29,159 nucleotides of DNA, from IMG/VR virus record IMGVR_UViG_3300030397_000482, positions 1 to 29,159 of that record; one strand, given 5' to 3'. A program made the translations under genes and the position numbers. Each line of letters starts with the position of its first letter. Position 1 is the stretch's first letter. This stretch comes from a virus (Duplodnaviria > Caudoviricetes). The notes under the pieces are model-generated. The model saw only the letters and a program-made list of their open reading frames with translations, was not told the origin of the DNA and ran no database searches. Below, in pieces: positions 24,435 through 29,159 of this stretch.

Positions 24435-25388
24435 TTACGGAACCAAAACGGAAAACGGATAGCGATTGCTTTCAGTCTGCTGTAATCGGTTGATGGGGTT
24501 GGGAACTTGCCAGCCAAGGCGCATGACGCAACGCAGTGCCACCATGTCCTGTTGGGCTAAGTTGTAGATAATGTTACCTGCACCATCTTGGATAACGGCT
24601 TCGGTCAGCATCTTATAGGTCATGTCTTGGCGCATGGAATAAACGAGCTGATTCCAAGCCCCAGAGAACATCAGCACTGAAGCGGTATCGAGGGCACCGT
24701 TTTGGGGAAAGATGATTGGCTCGCCGTCTAGCTCATAGCGCGTGTTGTCTTGCATCGAGCGCAAGAAAATGGGCTGACCCTGACTGTCACGTAGCCCGCG
24801 TAAGCTAGCCCGCATCGACATCGCCGCCACATGGCCATTGGGCATAAAACCATCGGCTTCAATCTTGGCAATGGAGCCACTTTCGCCTAGCAGTGCATCA
24901 TAGAGGTCGCCGCCGCCGCCAACGATTGTGGATAAATCAACGCTGTTGCCAGCCGTTGCCGCTGCCGCTGCCACGTCAGTCGGCCATGTAGATGGCGCAT
25001 TTGTACCGTGCAAAATGGCGGCATCAATCACCACGCCAAACGCCTCTTCAATTCGCGGTCGAATTTCACCCCAGATGTCATAGTCAGCATCGTCAAGCAC
25101 CGCTTCAGGAATGGGGACAATACAGGCAATTTCTTCGGCGTTGATAAATTTGTTGGCCCAGTTGACTTCGGTGGCTTGCTTTAGTCCCGTGTCACCGCTT
25201 ACAAAATAGGCGGTGGGCAGCACAGACAGGATAGGCATTCGCGTTTGCTTGCTGGGCATATTGGGCAGCCGCCGCGCCAAACGCAGCACGGCGCTGTTTT
25301 CGGGAATATTTTGCACAATTTCGCGGCTCACATTTTCGGGAATGAGTGCCGCCGCGTCTGTGCGTGAGATCAGATTGTTATAAGCCAT
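24435..25388 (-). CDS. Major capsid protein (HK97 fold)
   Basis: LIPE...AYFV...AEEIACIVPIPE...IDAAILHG...NLAQQDMVALRCVMRLGW. Confidence 0.93.
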   Translation of the reverse strand: MAYNNLISRTDAAALIPENVSREIVQNIPENSAVLRLARRLPNMPSKQTRMPILSVLPTAYFVSGDTGLKQATEVNWANKFINAEEIACIVPIPEAVLDDADYDIWGEIRPRIEEAFGVVIDAAILHGTNAPSTWPTDVAAAAATAGNSVDLSTIVGGGGDLYDALLGESGSIAKIEADGFMPNGHVAAMSMRASLRGLRDSQGQPIFLRSMQDNTRYELDGEPIIFPQNGALDTASVLMFSGAWNQLVYSMRQDMTYKMLTEAVIQDGAGNIIYNLAQQDMVALRCVMRLGWQVPNPINRLQQTESNRYPFSVLVP

Positions 25389-25397
25389 TGCTTACTC

Positions 25398-25940
25398 CTA
25401 TTGTCGTCCAGCCGCCGTGCGGATAAAGGCGTTCATATCTTCACCCGATGGCAGGCCGTTGGCACCCGTTCCGTTGCCGCCGTTGCCGGGGGGAACAGGT
25501 GCTTTTTTGAATAGTTCAGGGTAATCGGCCTTTAGCGTTTGAATGTTGACGTTGCCCCGCTTGTCGATGGCCCCTGTTCCTCGCGCTGCCAGCCAAGCTA
25601 GCTTCAGGTTCGTCACACCAGCCGCCGTGGCCGTTTCATAGAAGGCGATTTGTTGCTCATGCGTTTCCAGTTTGGCCGAAAGACCGTCCAGCGCCTGGCT
25701 GCCTTCTTCCAAACCTTTAGTCGCATCTTTCAACGCTTTTGCCAACTCTGTACGCTGGTCGCGTTCGCTTTGCAGTGCGCTTTTCAAGCCGCTGGTATGA
25801 TCTCCAATCAGCGTCTTGATGTCGTCGCCCTGCCCTTCGAGCCAGCTATCAAAAGTGAGTGGCGTCTCGCCACCGCCGTTGGGCATCTCGCCCGGTTCAT
25901 TCGTAACAGGCATCCCGCCTGCACTTGGATCATCTGCCAT
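25398..25940 (-). CDS. Capsid scaffold protein
   Basis: Coiled-coil, LKADYPELF, DMNAFIR C-terminus; directly upstream of the capsid gene. Confidence 0.8.
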   Translation of the reverse strand: MADDPSAGGMPVTNEPGEMPNGGGETPLTFDSWLEGQGDDIKTLIGDHTSGLKSALQSERDQRTELAKALKDATKGLEEGSQALDGLSAKLETHEQQIAFYETATAAGVTNLKLAWLAARGTGAIDKRGNVNIQTLKADYPELFKKAPVPPGNGGNGTGANGLPSGEDMNAFIRTAAGRQ

Positions 25941-25952
25941 TGCTAACCTCAC

Positions 25953-26945
25953 TTAGTTAACTAAATCTTTCAGTGGTGCCGCTTGTAGGGAATCGCTCCA
26001 AACGGCGTTCCTTTGCACCACTGCTAAATCACTAAATTTAAATCGGCCGTCGCGCCATGCTTCGTATCGCGCATTGCCCAAAATCTTGCGCTGGTTTGAT
26101 TCAGCCAGCGTCTCAAACCATTCATGCCCTTTGACCCAGCTTGGCTTACCTGTGACCGCTGGAATCATGGTGCAGCGGCATTGTGGGTGAACGGGCATCA
26201 CGCGGTCGAGGGGGTAGAACTGCCCATCATCAGCCAAGCAGGCGGGACAGGTGCGCGTGTCACGGGTGGCCAGTCGATAATAGCCCTCGACAACGCCGCT
26301 CAACTGATATTGCCGTCGGCTTACTTCCCGATAAACACGAAGCTGCTCTGTTCGGGCAATCTTTAACGCCTGATTCAGGCCACCCGCTAGGGAATCTTGC
26401 ATCGCCCGTGCCGTTTTGCGCGGGTTGCGGCCTAGTGCCGTGGCTTCAATCAAGGTGCTGGTCAAATCATCAACCAGCGCCGCTTTGGTGGCGGCGTTCA
26501 GCAAGAGGGATTGCAAGGGCGAGCCGTTGCCCAATGCGCCAACCATGTTCTCTACTGCCCCGACGGGTAAACGGGTAAACGAGACGCTGGCACCGCGCAC
26601 GGCCGCATTGACCGTGGCCGCGGATTGCCGAATCGACAATTCAGCCATGTCACGCTGACCATCCCCAATTTCCGTAGCGGCAAACTGCTGGTAGAGCGTC
26701 AGCTCCGATTCAATCTGCGTGAGCAAGAGCTGATAGCGGCGCAGTTGGAATAGTGCTGCTTGGGTCACAGGCTCATTGTTGGCCTGCCGTCGCGCCATTT
26801 CTTCAGCTAGGGCGGCAATGGTGGCTTCGATGCGGGTTTCAAGCTGAAGCCAGCGCGTGGTCATCGCCTGCACCTTATCGGTTTCGGCCGCTAGCAACGC
26901 CTCTTTAAATTGGCGCATCAGATTGATGAGCGGGGAATCAGCCAC
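25953..26945 (-). CDS. Minor head / head morphogenesis protein (SPP1 gp7 / Mu gpF family)
   Basis: IARTE, D.RTCPAC, HPQCRC motifs. Confidence 0.9.
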   Translation of the reverse strand: MADSPLINLMRQFKEALLAAETDKVQAMTTRWLQLETRIEATIAALAEEMARRQANNEPVTQAALFQLRRYQLLLTQIESELTLYQQFAATEIGDGQRDMAELSIRQSAATVNAAVRGASVSFTRLPVGAVENMVGALGNGSPLQSLLLNAATKAALVDDLTSTLIEATALGRNPRKTARAMQDSLAGGLNQALKIARTEQLRVYREVSRRQYQLSGVVEGYYRLATRDTRTCPACLADDGQFYPLDRVMPVHPQCRCTMIPAVTGKPSWVKGHEWFETLAESNQRKILGNARYEAWRDGRFKFSDLAVVQRNAVWSDSLQAAPLKDLVN

Positions 26946-28305
26946 CGTCGAACCCCCGTTGGGCATTGAGCAAGGCCACACCTAGTTGCTCTTGCCGCTG
27001 CTCCGCTTCGGCCGTTTTGTCCGCTTCCATCTGGGCAATTTGTGGCTCTGTCCAGCCCTCATCGCGCAATTGCGTACGCAATGGGATGCCAGCGTTGACG
27101 TTGGTTTGGCGCGTGGTCGCTTGTGTCATCGGTTGAACGGTGCGCGGGTCTTCGTAGATGGCTCGCACCCGCTGGCCGCCAAGGTCGATGCCCTGTTGTG
27201 TGGCTACGAATGTGGCTAGCCGTTGCCACTCCACGCGGAAACGGCGAATGTATTTGGCGCATTTCTTGTTGAGCGGCGACTCCATTGCGATGAGCGCTTC
27301 GCCGCTGGGGTCGGAACGAGCGCCAAGGTAAAAGAGGCTTTGTGGCGTGCGCGTCATCTTGCCGATAGAGATAGAAAGCCGTTCCATCGACTGCATAAAA
27401 TTGCCAAGCTGCGTTTCTGAAAATTCGCCCACCTCAGTATCTTGGCCAATGCCGTCGCCGGCAGGAATGTCCCAGATTTCGCCAGGCGAGTTCTTCAGCG
27501 CACCAATGTCAGCTTGGGAGATGACAAACCGCTGTTTAAAGGCGCCAAATTCAGCCGACACCATCATATCGCTGAATAATTTGTTAACTGCGTCCTGTGT
27601 ATCCAGCACAGATGGTGACAGTTCGCTTTTGATGGCGCGGCGTTCACGGCGAAAATGGAAAACGGGAATGGTGCCAAACGGGTTGACACCGATATCAGAC
27701 TCGCCTTCCCCGCCAATGTCGAGCGGGTTGAAGTCGTTAGCCTCTTTGACTTCTTTGGCAAGCTGCTTGGAAATGTAATATTCAAGGCGGTCGGGGTAAT
27801 AGAGCGTGAGCCGAATCTTGCCACGGCCGTCAATTGTTTCCGCATCTTCAATCCACCATTTGGCGGCAAAGCGCATTCGACGGGGATTCTCAGCCTCATA
27901 GACGGCATGGCAGAGACGGGAATCGTTATAAAACGCTTCCAGCTCGCCCCCTTCGCCTGGCCAAACGATGACAAAGCTTTCACCCGTGACCATCGCGCAC
28001 AGCTCTACGTCGTCAGCGTCGAGCATCATTTCGGAGTCGGTGAACCAATTGGTGAGCTGCTGGCTGGCATTAGGGTTGCTTGGCACCACAAACTGCGTCA
28101 GGTTGAGCCGTTCTAAGACGGTTTCAATGACAACCTCACACCAGTTTTGGCTGAAGCGAGCGTTGATGTTTTTGAACACCTCTTTCAGGCGGTCAGTGCT
28201 GTAGCGCAGCGGCTGGTTGCCATCGTAATATGCCCAGAGACGGTCATAAACAGGGGTTTTTCGCCGCAACGCTTCGTAGGCGAGTTCTAAATCGGTAACG
28301 GTCAT
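26938..28305 (-). CDS. Portal protein (SPP1 gp6-like)
   Basis: YYDGNQ, NWCEVVI, NPFGTIPV, QDAVNK, SGEAL motifs. Confidence 0.92.
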   Translation of the reverse strand: MTVTDLELAYEALRRKTPVYDRLWAYYDGNQPLRYSTDRLKEVFKNINARFSQNWCEVVIETVLERLNLTQFVVPSNPNASQQLTNWFTDSEMMLDADDVELCAMVTGESFVIVWPGEGGELEAFYNDSRLCHAVYEAENPRRMRFAAKWWIEDAETIDGRGKIRLTLYYPDRLEYYISKQLAKEVKEANDFNPLDIGGEGESDIGVNPFGTIPVFHFRRERRAIKSELSPSVLDTQDAVNKLFSDMMVSAEFGAFKQRFVISQADIGALKNSPGEIWDIPAGDGIGQDTEVGEFSETQLGNFMQSMERLSISIGKMTRTPQSLFYLGARSDPSGEALIAMESPLNKKCAKYIRRFRVEWQRLATFVATQQGIDLGGQRVRAIYEDPRTVQPMTQATTRQTNVNAGIPLRTQLRDEGWTEPQIAQMEADKTAEAEQRQEQLGVALLNAQRGFDGG

Positions 28306-29159
28306 CCTGAGAAGCTCCGTGCCACCTTACGCGGCTCTTTTTTGAGAGAAAACGAGTGATAACCAGCCGACACCATATCTACCATGTCATCGTGCGTCCA
28401 GTCTGGGAAACCCTCTACCTCAGTGAAAAACTTTTCATGCCACGCCAATGGTTCATCACCGAAGAGACGACGGCGCACTGAGGCTGGAAACGCCTCTTGT
28501 AAGGCCATCATGCTCCACGCCTCATCAACGATATAGAATCGCCCGGCCTGCGCCCGGTCGCGCCACGGCTCAAATTTGGCCACTTTATCCCCCACAAATG
28601 CACCCACCTTTCGCTTGATAAGCGGGTCATCAAGCGAACGGATGCGCCAGCCTAAAAGTTCTTCTTTGGCGCGGAGGTGATCTAGCAACATCTTGTCCAG
28701 CGTGGCTTGGGGCGCAATAATCGGAGGTCGCTGACCCAATAGCGTTTCCATCGCCAGCGCAAATCGCCAGCCGACCTCTTGAGCCGCCGCCATGCCCATG
28801 CGCGTCCTAACCAATGAGGCCAAAATGATGTTGACATTGGTTCGTATACCATCCGGTAGCCAAAAGCCTAGCAAGCCAAAAACGTTGTAATCTGGGTCGT
28901 CTTTGGCGAGCTGCTTTTCCTTGTAGGCGGCATCGACAGGGATAACCCACTGGATGCGCTCGCGCGGGTTGTTATGACGATTAACAACAGGGGCAGCTTC
29001 CAGATGCTTGAGCATATCTCTGGCTAGCAAATTGCCGCCTTCAGAGATGGGCATTTGTTGGCCGATGGAGGCAAAGGCGCTGGGTTCGTTGGCTTTAGTG
29101 GTCAGATGGTAAGCGCGGGGGAATTGGGCTGGCCAGAGTGCTTCGCCCGGTTCGCGTCC
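28302..29159 (-). CDS. terL: Terminase large subunit, C-terminal nuclease part (5' truncated by the window end)
   Basis: Frame open to the window edge (GREPGEALWP...QQMP); VDAA...DPDY, GDKV and FPDWTHDDMVD nuclease motifs. Confidence 0.9.
   Translation of the reverse strand, partial: GREPGEALWPAQFPRAYHLTTKANEPSAFASIGQQMPISEGGNLLARDMLKHLEAAPVVNRHNNPRERIQWVIPVDAAYKEKQLAKDDPDYNVFGLLGFWLPDGIRTNVNIILASLVRTRMGMAAAQEVGWRFALAMETLLGQRPPIIAPQATLDKMLLDHLRAKEELLGWRIRSLDDPLIKRKVGAFVGDKVAKFEPWRDRAQAGRFYIVDEAWSMMALQEAFPASVRRRLFGDEPLAWHEKFFTEVEGFPDWTHDDMVDMVSAGYHSFSLKKEPRKVARSFSG

Noticed and set aside
4939-28204. Numerous + strand ORFs overlapping the primase and structural genes
   Set aside because: Antisense shadows of well-supported - strand genes, with no recognisable motifs.

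Overview
The window is a partial genome of a tailed dsDNA phage (siphovirus-type), almost entirely on the - strand. Read from the right-hand end, it contains the packaging and head genes (TerL truncated by the window edge, portal, gp7/gpF-like minor head, scaffold, HK97-type major capsid) and the neck genes. Next come the tail tube, a holin-like gene, G/GT tail chaperones with a -1 frameshift site, two membrane genes, an HNH nuclease, tape measure, Dit, Tal-like protein and a beta-helix tailspike. These are followed by a putative SOS-inducible antirepressor block (Bro-N; RhuM-N hybrid), a P4-alpha-like primase-helicase with an adjacent iteron origin, an XRE HTH, a Mom-like DNA modification gene and a shuffled array of small genes. 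No integrase, endolysin, reverse transcriptase or CRISPR array was seen. GAAC-N4-GTTC LexA-type boxes and a strong excess of ACGGCCGT suggest a Chloroflexota host (inference). The most interesting signal is non-coding. Three sequence-unrelated leader RNAs (9546-9674, 10927-11045, 19425-19566) share one architecture: the transcript 5' end pairs with the loop of a long downstream terminator or start-codon-blocking stem. Two of them sit behind LexA-box promoters. A repeated TGGAC-N8-GTCCA operator-like motif is also present. Bases 1-17 are a random-amplification primer tag and are not biological. All calls come from manual reading; no searches were run.
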